Shown: positions 31,611 through 41,289 of the stretch, piece after piece
Position numbering within the stretch: position 1 is the stretch's first letter
Layout: each line of letters begins with the position of its first letter
Assembly: GCA_963717505.1 (NCBI GenBank)
Contig: OY970342.1
Location: 1,312,001-1,376,000 of the forward strand
Reading direction: 5' to 3'
Source: Candidatus Eiseniibacteriota bacterium
GTDB lineage: Bacteria; Eisenbacteria; RBG-16-71-46
DNA: 64,000 nt
Notes under the pieces: model-generated
Database searches by the model: none
What the model saw: only the letters and a program-made list of their open reading frames with translations
What the model was told of the DNA's origin: nothing
Position numbers and translations under genes: made by a program

Positions 31611-33544
31611 TGGATGACGATCATCTTGCCGGCGAGCGTCGCGGCGCCAGCTCCCTCGTCCCCGAGCCGCAGGCGGTAGTGGTAGATGCCGCTGGCCATC
31701 GACGCGCGATCGCGGCGGAACATCACTCGATTCGGGCCCGCGGGCTGGAGACCGTGATCCACCTCGGCCACCCGGCGTCCCAACAGGTCGAAGACCTCGA
31801 GCGTGACCGTCCGCGGCCGATCGAGCTGGAAGTGAATCGCCGTTTGCTCGGACAGCGGATTGGGTCGATTGCCGAGCAGCGCGATCGTCTGACCGGTCAC
31901 CGGCGGATCGCCGACGTCCACGATCAGCGTCGGGTCGAGATAACCCCACGCGGCTCCGTCCTCGCCTTCGTATTGGCGGTGCCACCAGGTTCGGGTTCCG
32001 TAACTGTCGGTGAAGGGAGTCCACGAGTCGCCGTCGAGGAGATTGACGCCGAGGAAGATCCTGCCATCCCCGCGGCCCGCGGGGTAGCCGAGCTTCTTGA
32101 GGTCGATCGACAGCTCGGCGGTGTACCCGACGTCCGCGGACTGGCCCAGGGTGTCGAGGGTCGTCCCCGGCTTGAGCTGCAGCGCGACCTGGGCGCCGGC
32201 CAGCGTGTCCTTGAGGAACGGTAGGTAGTCCTGCGCCAGCGCCTGCCCGGTGGGTCCGACCTGGAAGCTGAGTCGCCGGGTCAGCAGCTGCTGGTCCGTC
32301 CCCTTCGCCGAGTACTCGGTCAGGGTCACGATGAAGCCGTCCCAGCGGTCGAAGTTCGACACGTACTGAACCACCTGGTCGCGAACGTCGAAGCCGAGAT
32401 AGAGGAAGTCGCCTTTGAACATGGTGCGCACCGTGGCGTCGCCCGGATCGAGCGTGAACGCCAGACCGCCGTTGACCTCGGGCTGGTACTGGCCGCTGCG
32501 GTAGGGGCCGACCGCGGCATAGTTCGCACGCAGGGCGTCGTCGCCGTAACGGATGTCGAAAGACGGGGTGGCGGCCCACACCGGATCGCTGAGCAGTCCG
32601 TCGATGGTCGGCGCCGCGAGGCCGCCGGCGGAACGAATTCGGATCTCCGGCCCGACCACCGGCACCGGTCCCGAGGCGATCGTGACGTTGGGCCGCGAGT
32701 GGATGCGCACGTTGTGGAACCAGGCGGCGTTGCCCCACGGGTTCTGCCACCAGACCCGGTTCGCGCTGAACGTCGCCTGGAACGGCCACAGCCAGTCGCA
32801 GTCGTAGATCGAAATGTTCCACTCGACGATGTCGCCGGCGGGCTCCGTCACGTCGTAGCCCATCACGCCCAGATCGAAGCGCATCTCGACGACGTAGCCC
32901 CAGTCGTTGTCGTCGGCCGGATTGCCGTCGACGTTGTTGTCGTCGTTGGAAATGCCGTGGACCACGGTGCGCGCGTCCCAGGCGGCGATCTGTTGGGGCG
33001 TGCGCGGCACGGTGCAGTCGCTGATCGGCGCGTTGCAGTTGGTCCAGCGTCCGCGGAAATCGGGAAGCAGGCCGGGCGCGGTGTCGGCGGGCGGCGTGCG
33101 TTCTGCGTACCACCAGGAGTAGAGATACTCCGAGGGCGGCGAAGGCCGATAGGTGTCGGCGTGGTCCTTGAGGGCCATCAGGAATCCGTCGAATCGATTG
33201 AAATCCCTGGAGCCGCCCACCGACTTGTCGCGCACATAGGCGCCGAGATAGAGCTGATTGCCGACCACCAGGAAGCGCAGCGTCGCCTTGGTCGAGTCGC
33301 TGGGAAGAATGCCGGCTTCGGGTTTCCATCCGCTGCCCGGAAGTCCGGCCGAGATGCCGTAGCGAATCGTGATCGAATCGGCCACGGCCCAAGCAGGTTC
33401 GTTGAGCACACCATCCAGCGTGATGGGTGCACCCGCGGTCGAGCGGGCCCAGATGACATCCTGTCTCGGCGCCTGCGCATGTGCGATGGTGACGCTGGCC
33501 GCCAGGGCCAGCAGGGCGAGAGTCGGGGCGATCGTGGTCTTCAT
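31607..33544 (-). CDS. Secreted protein with two CBM9/DOMON-like domains and a C-terminal FlgD/T9SS-like domain
   Basis: GGAGG RBS before ATG 33544; signal peptide; PITLDGVLNEPAW / PTIDGLLSDPVW, each followed by LYLG..VRD and F.R(F/W)DGF; C-terminus NRPNP...LEVFDLLGRRV...SGIYHYRL. Confidence 0.75.
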   Translation of the reverse strand: MKTTIAPTLALLALAASVTIAHAQAPRQDVIWARSTAGAPITLDGVLNEPAWAVADSITIRYGISAGLPGSGWKPEAGILPSDSTKATLRFLVVGNQLYLGAYVRDKSVGGSRDFNRFDGFLMALKDHADTYRPSPPSEYLYSWWYAERTPPADTAPGLLPDFRGRWTNCNAPISDCTVPRTPQQIAAWDARTVVHGISNDDNNVDGNPADDNDWGYVVEMRFDLGVMGYDVTEPAGDIVEWNISIYDCDWLWPFQATFSANRVWWQNPWGNAAWFHNVRIHSRPNVTIASGPVPVVGPEIRIRSAGGLAAPTIDGLLSDPVWAATPSFDIRYGDDALRANYAAVGPYRSGQYQPEVNGGLAFTLDPGDATVRTMFKGDFLYLGFDVRDQVVQYVSNFDRWDGFIVTLTEYSAKGTDQQLLTRRLSFQVGPTGQALAQDYLPFLKDTLAGAQVALQLKPGTTLDTLGQSADVGYTAELSIDLKKLGYPAGRGDGRIFLGVNLLDGDSWTPFTDSYGTRTWWHRQYEGEDGAAWGYLDPTLIVDVGDPPVTGQTIALLGNRPNPLSEQTAIHFQLDRPRTVTLEVFDLLGRRVAEVDHGLQPAGPNRVMFRRDRASMASGIYHYRLRLGDEGAGAATLAGKMIVIQ

Positions 33545-33599
33545 GGACTGCCTCCAGAAGATGAGCAAACAGACGTTGCCGTCAGGAGGGGTTCGCGCC

Positions 33600-33633
33600 T
33601 GAAAACGATTACAAAAGCGTTGAAGACTGTCAA
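33600..33633 (-). promoter_or_regulatory. Promoter -35 plus LacI-family operator (site 2) in the divergent region
   Basis: Perfect TTGACA (33633-33628), 14 nt, then TGTAATCGTTTTCA (33613-33600). Confidence 0.78.
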
Positions 33634-33720
33634 GATCTTGCATACGAAATCGGCCTCGGGGCTCCGAACGCGGCACCTGGCGACCCAGGCCGCCACCCGC
33701 AGGGCGCGCGAGCCCCGCCG

Positions 33721-35070
33721 ATGACTCGATTTCCTGCGGAGTTCCTGTGGGGGGCGGCGACCTCGGCCTATCAGATCGAAGGCTCCCCGCTCGCCGACGG
33801 CGCCGGCCCCAGCAACTGGCATCGCTTCAGCCATACGCCCGGACGCGTCCTGAACGGCGACACTGGCGACGTCGCCTGCGACCATTACCGGCGTTGGGCC
33901 GACGACGTGGATCTGATGAGCCGCCTGGGCCTCAATTCCTATCGGTTCAGCCTCGCCTGGTCGAGGATTCTTCCCGACGGGCGCGGCCGCGTGAACCGCC
34001 AGGGCATCGATTTCTACTCGCGGCTGGTCGACCGATTGCTCGAGCGCGGCATTCAGCCTGCGGTCACGATCCACCACTGGGACCTTCCCACGGCGCTCGA
34101 AGACCGAGGCGCATGGCTCGACCCCGACATCGTGCCCTGCTTCGGCGACTACGCCCAGGTCGCGTTTGAAGCCCTGGCCGACCGTGTGTCGATGTGGATG
34201 ACCATCAACGAGCCCTGGGTGATCATGGACGCGGGGTACCTGTACGGCGTGCATCCGCCCGGACTCCGCGGCCGACGCGAAGCCGCGATCGCGAGTCATC
34301 ACCTGTTGCTCGCACACGCCGAGGCCGTGCGCCGCTATCGCAGCCGATGGCAGGGACGCATCGGCCTGGTCGTGAACCTCGAGCCCAAGGATCCGGCCAG
34401 CGATCGTCCCGAAGACCTCGAGGCCGCACGGCGCGCGCACGCGTACAACAATCTCTACCACCTGGATGCGGCGTTGCTCGGCCGCTACCCGGACGAGTTG
34501 CCCGCGTTGTTCGGCGACGACTGGCCGGACTTCGACCCCGACGATGTTCGGCGCATGCGCGAGCCGATCGACTTCGTCGGCGTGAATTACTACACGCGCC
34601 GGGTCGTGCGCCACGACCCCGAGGCGGTGCTTGGCTACAGCCCGGTGCCTGTTCCCGGAGCGCAGTTGATGGCGACCGGCTGGGAAGTGCATCCGCCGAG
34701 CCTGCGGCGCACGTTGCTCGAGATCCGCGAGCGCTACGGCGCGATCCCGATCTACGTCACCGAGAATGGCTCCGCGTTCCCGGACCCCGAGAAGGCAGCC
34801 CGCGAGCCACTCGAGGACCCGTTGCGGGTGGCCTGCCTGCGCGACCACCTGATCGAGGTCGAGGCGGCGATGAAGCTCGGCGTCGACGTGCGCGGGTACT
34901 TCGCCTGGTCCCTGCTCGACAACTTCGAGTGGAGCATGGGCTACTCGCTGCGGTTCGGGCTGGTGCACGTCGACTACGCAACCCAGCGACGGACCATGAA
35001 GTCGAGCGGCGTCTACTACGCCGACGTCATTCGCTCGAGTGGCGCGTGTTTGGCCGAGGCGGGATCCTGA
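33721..35070 (+). CDS. bglA: GH1 beta-glucosidase
   Basis: FLWGAATSAYQIEG, DHYRRW, TINEP (acid/base), YVTENG (nucleophile), WSLLDNFEW; no signal peptide. Confidence 0.93.
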   Translation: MTRFPAEFLWGAATSAYQIEGSPLADGAGPSNWHRFSHTPGRVLNGDTGDVACDHYRRWADDVDLMSRLGLNSYRFSLAWSRILPDGRGRVNRQGIDFYSRLVDRLLERGIQPAVTIHHWDLPTALEDRGAWLDPDIVPCFGDYAQVAFEALADRVSMWMTINEPWVIMDAGYLYGVHPPGLRGRREAAIASHHLLLAHAEAVRRYRSRWQGRIGLVVNLEPKDPASDRPEDLEAARRAHAYNNLYHLDAALLGRYPDELPALFGDDWPDFDPDDVRRMREPIDFVGVNYYTRRVVRHDPEAVLGYSPVPVPGAQLMATGWEVHPPSLRRTLLEIRERYGAIPIYVTENGSAFPDPEKAAREPLEDPLRVACLRDHLIEVEAAMKLGVDVRGYFAWSLLDNFEWSMGYSLRFGLVHVDYATQRRTMKSSGVYYADVIRSSGACLAEAGS

Positions 35071-35074
35071 CGGA

Positions 35075-38000
35075 TCAGGGCCGGAACACGATGCGCGAAG
35101 ATGGCTCCCGAACCACGAACGGCCGCCTCGTGGAGAACGGTGCCAAGACCCCGTTCTTCGTGACGGATCGGAACCGTTCGGCTCCCGGCGGCGCGATCAC
35201 GAAGCCCCCCGGCGGCACGCGACCGGTACTCTCGAGGGTGACGACCAGCGAGTCGCCATTCGTCGCCATCGAGTAGCTGATCGTGCCGAAGGGCGTGCGC
35301 AGGTCGCGCACGCGGACACCTGGCGATTCGGACACCCACGACCACGGCACGCCCGCACCCAGGACCAGTGCCTGGTCGCGCGGGCGCTCGTAGCACAGCA
35401 TGTCGAGCACCGAGCGCACGAAATCGGAGCCGACCCACGTGTGCGGCAGATCGCCGAAGAACTTAGGTGATCGTGGCTCGCGATACACGACCTCGGCCCA
35501 TTGCCGCCAGCCGGCCGGCCTGCGGTACATCAGGAAGTAGTCGAGTGCTTCGTTCGCGCGCTCGCGCGAGCCCAGGCGCACGAACGATCCGATGACTCGG
35601 GTCTCGTAGGGAGTGTACGCGTCCCACTCGGCCTCGCCGTCGCGGCGATCGCGGAAGAATCGCCAGTAGCGCTCGAACGTGCTGTCGATCGCGGCGGCGG
35701 ACAACAGGTCGGCGGCGCCGGTGGGCGCCAGCGCCACGGTCGTCGACGTGGCGTCGAAGTCGCCCAGCTCGGCGCAGCCGGGAACGTAGGCGATGCGGTG
35801 GTGCTCCATGGTCGCGCGCACCGAGGCGGCGAGGTCGCGCGCGAACGTGTCGCGGGCGGCGGTGAAGCGGCGCGCCTCCGGTTCGTGGCCCAGCGCGCGC
35901 GCCAGATCGACCGCATCGACGTAGCCACGGTAGGCGAAGAAGTCGTCCCAGTAGGAGTGCATCGGGTTGGGATAGCCCTCGTGGCTGATCGACGGCAGCA
36001 CCAGCCCAAAGAAGCGCCGCTGCTCGGCGGTCCGCCATTCGCTCGTCCGGCGCTCGCCGCGCATGAAATCCAGGTAGTCGATCGCGCGCACCACCCGTGG
36101 CCACATGCGCTCGGCCAGGGCGCGATCGCCGGTGTGGCGGAAGTACTCGGCGATCAGCGACACGAATTGCCCGTGGCTGTCGTTCTCGGGAACCGGATCG
36201 GGGCCGCGCGCGTCCGCGCAGCAAGGAACCCGGCCGCTCTCCTGCTGGAACGGAGCGAACCACTCGATGAAGTCACGCACGACGTCCGCATGGCCGAGGC
36301 GAAGCAGCGCCGAGGAGGTGAGCGAGCCGTCGCGAATCCACGACCGGTCGTAGGAGCGCGAGCCGGGCTGGATCGAGCCGCCGTCGCGGTTGACCAAAAT
36401 CCATCCGATTTGGGCTTCGAGCGTCTGCTGGACCTCGCGGGCCGCCGGCGGCAGCTCGATCCTCACGCGACCCGCCTTCTGTGCGCCAGGCGCTCGCGAC
36501 CACTCGTTCCAGTGAATCGAGGCTTCCCGTGGAAGCGTAGCGGTATTCCCCGCCCGCGCTCGGGCGTAGCGGTACCGTCAACGCAACTTCGCGCGAGCGG
36601 TCACCCTCGGCGCCGAATTCCAGCCGATAGGCCCACGCGGCCGACGCGAACCCGAGCGAGTCTACGGCGCGCTCGGCGCTCGGCAGGCGACCCTCGCGCA
36701 GATGCTCGACGATGTCGCCGCGATCGAACGGCGTGGCGCCGAATCCAGAGGGCGGGGTGAGCGAGCCGACCGACCGGTCGTCGTTGACGCGCACGGCGGC
36801 GCCGTCGCGGACCACGGACCTCACGCGGCGCCGTGCCCCCGGACATGCCCACCGACTGCCACGGGGGATTGACCTGGAACGGTCGGATCGCGAGGTACAA
36901 AGTGGCGCGCGCCGGCCTCGTGGTCGGCGTTACCCGGTAACGGACGTAGACGCGCGAGTCTGCGGTGTCGCCTGCGGCGAACGCCGACACCTCGAGCGTG
37001 ACGTCGGGGTGGACCCAGCGCGTCGTCGGCATCGGCAGACGGCCGTCCCGCAATTCGGCCTCGGTGTGGACGTCTGCCCACGTGATCAGCCGGCCGCCGA
37101 TCTCTAGGAATGGCTCGATTGTGAATTGTCTCTTGCCGACCTCGAGCGCGCCGTCCTCGCCGAGCAACGCCTCCTCCCGCCCGCCGTCGACCCCGACCAC
37201 CGCCCACGACAGGCCCTCGCCGACGTAGGCCCTGGGGAAGCTTCCGCGCGCGGCGTCGGCCGCGAGCGATGCAAAGAACGCTTCGGGCGTGGCAGACCAC
37301 TCGACCGGATGAACTTCGACTTCGGCGATCGCCAGCGGTCCCTTGGTCGTCGCACGCACGCGCACGTGCCGCGCCTCGGACTCGGGCAAGTAAACGGGAT
37401 CGCGGCCGCCGTTGCTGCCACGCACCACGTGCGCGGTGCTCCAGGCGCGGCCGTCCGCGGACAGCTCGACTGCGTAGTCGGGCGGAACGAATCCGCGTTG
37501 CCATTCGACGACCATGCCACCCATCTCGCGCGGTCCGCCCAGATCGAGCGCCAGCCACGGCTCGCGACCGCGACCCGCCACCCAGGCGGTGGACGAGTTG
37601 CCGTCGATCGCGTGGGCCGGCAGGCTGGAGCGTGCCGATGACGAGCTACTGGCGATCGGCTTCGGCCACGCCGAATCGGCGGGCAGCGCTTCGAACGTCA
37701 GGTCGTCGAGCCAGACCGAGCCCGATCCGCCTTCGGCGGCGGTCACCGCCAGCTCGATGAATCCCAGCCTCCGCAATTCCCCGCCCCCGGCCGGACCCCA
37801 GGCGAAGCGCACCTGCCGGCGACGGACGGAGAGCGCGCGCCACTCGCGCGGGTACGCGAAGTCGCGGCGCACGTTCCACCACACGTTCTGCCCGGTCGAG
37901 TCGACCAGTTTGAACTCGAGGTGGTTGACCGGGATCTCGCCGCGCAGCCGAAACCGAAACGCGTAGTTCTCCGGCAGGTCGAGCGCCACCGGCCGGCGGA

Positions 38001-38244
38001 TCACGGCGTAGCCGGTGCCGTGCGTGAACTGAACGTCGAGCCGCAACGCACCCGAATCGGCGTGCAGGCTGCCGCGCACGCCTTCGGCCGGGTGCAGCGA
38101 CCAGGCCGTGATGTCCGCGAAGTCATCGAGCACGACGCTCGACGGCGTCGGCTTCGGGGTCGCTGCCTCGACTCCCGCCGCCAGGAACAGCGCCGCGACT
38201 ACCGTCCACATCGCCCGGCGACGGTTCGGTCTGAAGGCCTTCAT
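35075..38244 (-). CDS. Discoidin (F5/8C, CBM32-like) domain plus six-hairpin glycosidase-like protein, frameshifted at ~36820 and ~36470
   Basis: ATG 38244 coupled to the permease stop; signal peptide; AIDGNSSTAW, WLALDLG, YAVELSADG; C-terminal IQPGSRSYDRSWIRDG, SISHEGY..HSYWDDFF, YTPYE, QWAEVV, GDLPHTW spread over three ORFs. Confidence 0.8.
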
Positions 38245-39062
38245 CCCTTCACGCCGCCCAGCGTCAGCCCACGCACGTAGTGACGCTGGAGCACGACGAA
38301 CACCGCGAGCACCGGGAGCACGGTGAGCACTGCCCCGGCCATCATCAGCTCGGTGTCCTGCACGTGCTCGCCTGAGAGGTTGGCGAGTGCGACCGGCAAC
38401 GTGTAGTTCGCCTCGTCGTTCAGGATGACCAGCGGCCACATGAAGTCGTTCCAGGCGCTCATGAACGTGAAGATCGCGAGCGTGACCAGGATTGGGCGCA
38501 GCAGCGGGAGCACGACCGTCCAGAAGATCCGGCCTTCGCTGGCGCCGTCGATGCGCGCGGCATCGAGCAGCTCGTCGGGGATCGACCGCGCGTACTGGCG
38601 CACCAGGAAGATCCCGAAGATGGTAGCGGTCAGCGGCACGATCGCTCCCGCCAGGCTGTTGACCAACCCGAGCTTTTGGAACAGCAGGAAGAGCGGCAGC
38701 ATCGCCACCTGCGATGGAATCACCAGCCCGAGCAAGAGCGCTTGAAACAGCGAGTCCCGGCCGCGAAAACGCAGCTTGGCGAACGCGTACCCCGCCATGC
38801 CGTTGAGCAGCACCGAGAGCACGGTGGCCGAGACCGCGACCAGCGCGCTGTTGATCGCGTAGCGCCCGAGCCGCAGGCGCGAGAACAGGGCTTCGTAGTG
38901 GGCCGCGGTTGGCGGATCGGGGAGCAGCGGCGGCGGCACCTGGTTCGCCTGCCCCGCGGGCATGAACGAGGCCGACACCATCCAGAGCAGCGGGCCCAGG
39001 GCGACCACCGCGCCGGCGAGCAACATCGCGTTGACCAGCAGCGAAGTCAGTCCGCGCCTCAT
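38241..39062 (-). CDS. Carbohydrate ABC transporter permease (MalG-like)
   Basis: AGYAFAKLRFRGR, IPDELLDAARIDGA (EAA loop), WNDFMWPL; ATG 39062 overlaps the upstream stop. Confidence 0.92.
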   Translation of the reverse strand: MRRGLTSLLVNAMLLAGAVVALGPLLWMVSASFMPAGQANQVPPPLLPDPPTAAHYEALFSRLRLGRYAINSALVAVSATVLSVLLNGMAGYAFAKLRFRGRDSLFQALLLGLVIPSQVAMLPLFLLFQKLGLVNSLAGAIVPLTATIFGIFLVRQYARSIPDELLDAARIDGASEGRIFWTVVLPLLRPILVTLAIFTFMSAWNDFMWPLVILNDEANYTLPVALANLSGEHVQDTELMMAGAVLTVLPVLAVFVVLQRHYVRGLTLGGVKG

Positions 39063-39951
39063 GTCCGCGCCCCGCGCTGGAGCCTGAGCTGGAGCAGCGT
39101 GCCGAGCAGCATCACCAGGAACAACAGGAACGCGATCGCGGCCGCATGTCCCATGCGCCACCAGCGGAAGCCCTCTTCGTACATGAGCAGGACCAGGCTG
39201 GTGGTGCTGTCGAGCGGGCCGCCACCCGGCGTCATCACGTAGGGCTCGGCGAACAGCTGGAACTGACCGAGCATGGTGATGATTCCGACGAACAAGAGGA
39301 TCGGCGCCAGGGTCGGCAGCGTCACGTGGCGGAATCGCGCCCAGGCACCCGCGCCGTCGAGCTGGGCCGCCTCGTAGAGTTCCTCGGGGATGTTCTGCAG
39401 GCCTGCGATGAAGATCAGCATGTTGTAGCCGAAGTTCTTCCACACCGACATCAGGATGATCGCCGGCATCGCCCAGTTCGGGTCGCCGAGCCAATCTATC
39501 GATGGAATTCCAATACGCGATAAGGCAAAGTCGATGAGGCCGTAGCGCGGGTGATAGAGATAACGCCAGACCACGGCCATCGCCGCGAGTGTGGTGACCA
39601 CCGGCGCGAAGTAGATGGAGCGATAGAGCCCGGGCAGGCGCGCCAGCTCGCGAGCTGACCAGCATCGCGGCGGCCAGCGAGACCGCCACCGACAGCGGAC
39701 CGCCGACCAGGACGAAGTAGAAGGTGTTGGCGAACGCTTTCCAGAACAGAGGGTCGGACAGCAGGTGCCCGAAATTGCCGAGCCCGATCCAGCGCACGGT
39801 GTCGGGCGAGGCGATCGCGTAGATGTCGAAGTCGGTGAGCGCCAAGACCAGGCCCGGCGAGCACCGGCAGGAAGAAGCAGGTCCCGATCAGCAGCAGCGC
39901 GGGCGCCAGGAACATCCACGCGGCGCCGGTCTCACGTCCGCTGCGCTTCAC
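39059..39951 (-). CDS. Carbohydrate ABC transporter permease (MalF-like), frameshifted near 39850 and 39650
   Basis: FLAPAL, WIGLGNF, DPLFWKA, YFAPVVT, WKNFGYNM, LQNIPEELYEAAQLDGAG; GTG 39951 overlaps the SBP stop. Confidence 0.88.
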
Positions 39952-41289
39952 GGCGCAACCCTCGCTGTCCGCACGAGCAGCCACCGACGCTTTTCGAGCA
40001 GTCGGTCCACTTCGCGATCGAGTGCCGCCATCGCGGAGTCCGGCGTCGCGCCGCCGCGCACCACACGCTCGGCCGACTCCTGGAGACGGTTCGCGATCAG
40101 CTCCCATTCCGGAATCCGCGGCGTCGAGACCACGCGCTCGAGCTGTTGCTCGAACGCCCGAATGCGCGGATCGCTCGCGAGCGAGGAATCGCGTCCAGGA
40201 CTCGCGCCGTGCCGGCAGATCGCCGGTGAGCTGGAAGAAACGAACCTGCTGCTCGGGGCGCGACAGGAACTCGACCAGCCGCCACGCCGCGGCGGCGTGT
40301 TGGGTGCGGCGGAACACCACCAGACTCGAACCGCCGGCCAGCGAGACGCCGGACGCCGCTCCCGTGGGACCGGGCAACGGCGCCGTCGCCCACGCGTCCT
40401 GCATTTCGGGCGGCATTCGGTTGCGAAATTCGCCGAGATTCCAGGGTCCGGTGATCAGCATCGTGATGTAGCCGCGCGCGAACTCCTGGTACATGTTCGC
40501 GATCTCGTTGTTGCTCACCGGCGGCGCCAGCCGGTCGCGATAGAGACTCAGATAGAAGTCGAACGCCCGGCGGAACTCGGGCTCCGAGAAGGCGCCGCGC
40601 GTGCCGTGGTCGCCGACCAGGGGAGAGCCGGCCTGAAGACCCAGCGCCACCAGCGGTGCGAATTCGTTCGAGGGCAGGAACACCGGATAGGCGTCGTCGC
40701 CCACCACGCGTTTGATCGCCTCGAGCGCCGATCGCCATTCGCTCCAGGTTTCCGGCATGGCCGAATAGCCGGCGCGCTCGAGCAGATCGCGGCGGTAGAA
40801 CAACAAGCGGGTGTCGACGTACCACGGGATTCCGTACGGGACGCCGTCGATGACGTTGGTCTCCCAGATCCCGGGGAAGAACGACGTCGAGTCGATTCCC
40901 GGCGCCCGCCGTGCGTCGAACGGCTCGAGTGCCTCCAGCGCCGCGAACTCCGCGATCCAGGTGTTGCCCAGCTGGGCGACGTCCGGGGTCGAATGGCCGA
41001 CGAAGGCGGTGAGCAGTTTTTCGTGCGCCGCCGTCCATGGGATTTGCTGCACCACGACGCGCACGCCGGGATTCTCGCGTTCGAAATCCGGCAGCAGCTC
41101 CTGGACCACCTCACCCTCGCGCCCCATGGCCCAGAAGCGCAGCGTGACGCCCGAGTCGGACGGGCGGCCGCAGCCGGCGGCGGCTCCGAGCACGGTCCCG
41201 CCGGCGACCACCAGGGCCGCGGCCCGCGCCGCGAATGCGCCGCCTACTACACGGGCTCGCGGAGGCGCGGCCCGGCGCTCGGGATTCAT
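39948..41289 (-). CDS. Sugar ABC transporter substrate-binding lipoprotein, frameshift near 40190
   Basis: Lipobox AAGC; LRFWAMGREGE, QQIPWTAAHEKLLTA, GIPWYVDTR, ITGPW, SLAGGSSL; C-terminus in ORF 39948..40133. Confidence 0.88.

Noticed and set aside
24656-33392. Long N-terminal extensions in the ORF track (1039, 1323 and 1482 aa) suggesting overlapping genes or fusions
   Set aside because: The true starts are at 25675, 28947 and 31610, with signal peptides and 4-nt stop/start overlaps; the extensions are off-frame readings of the upstream genes
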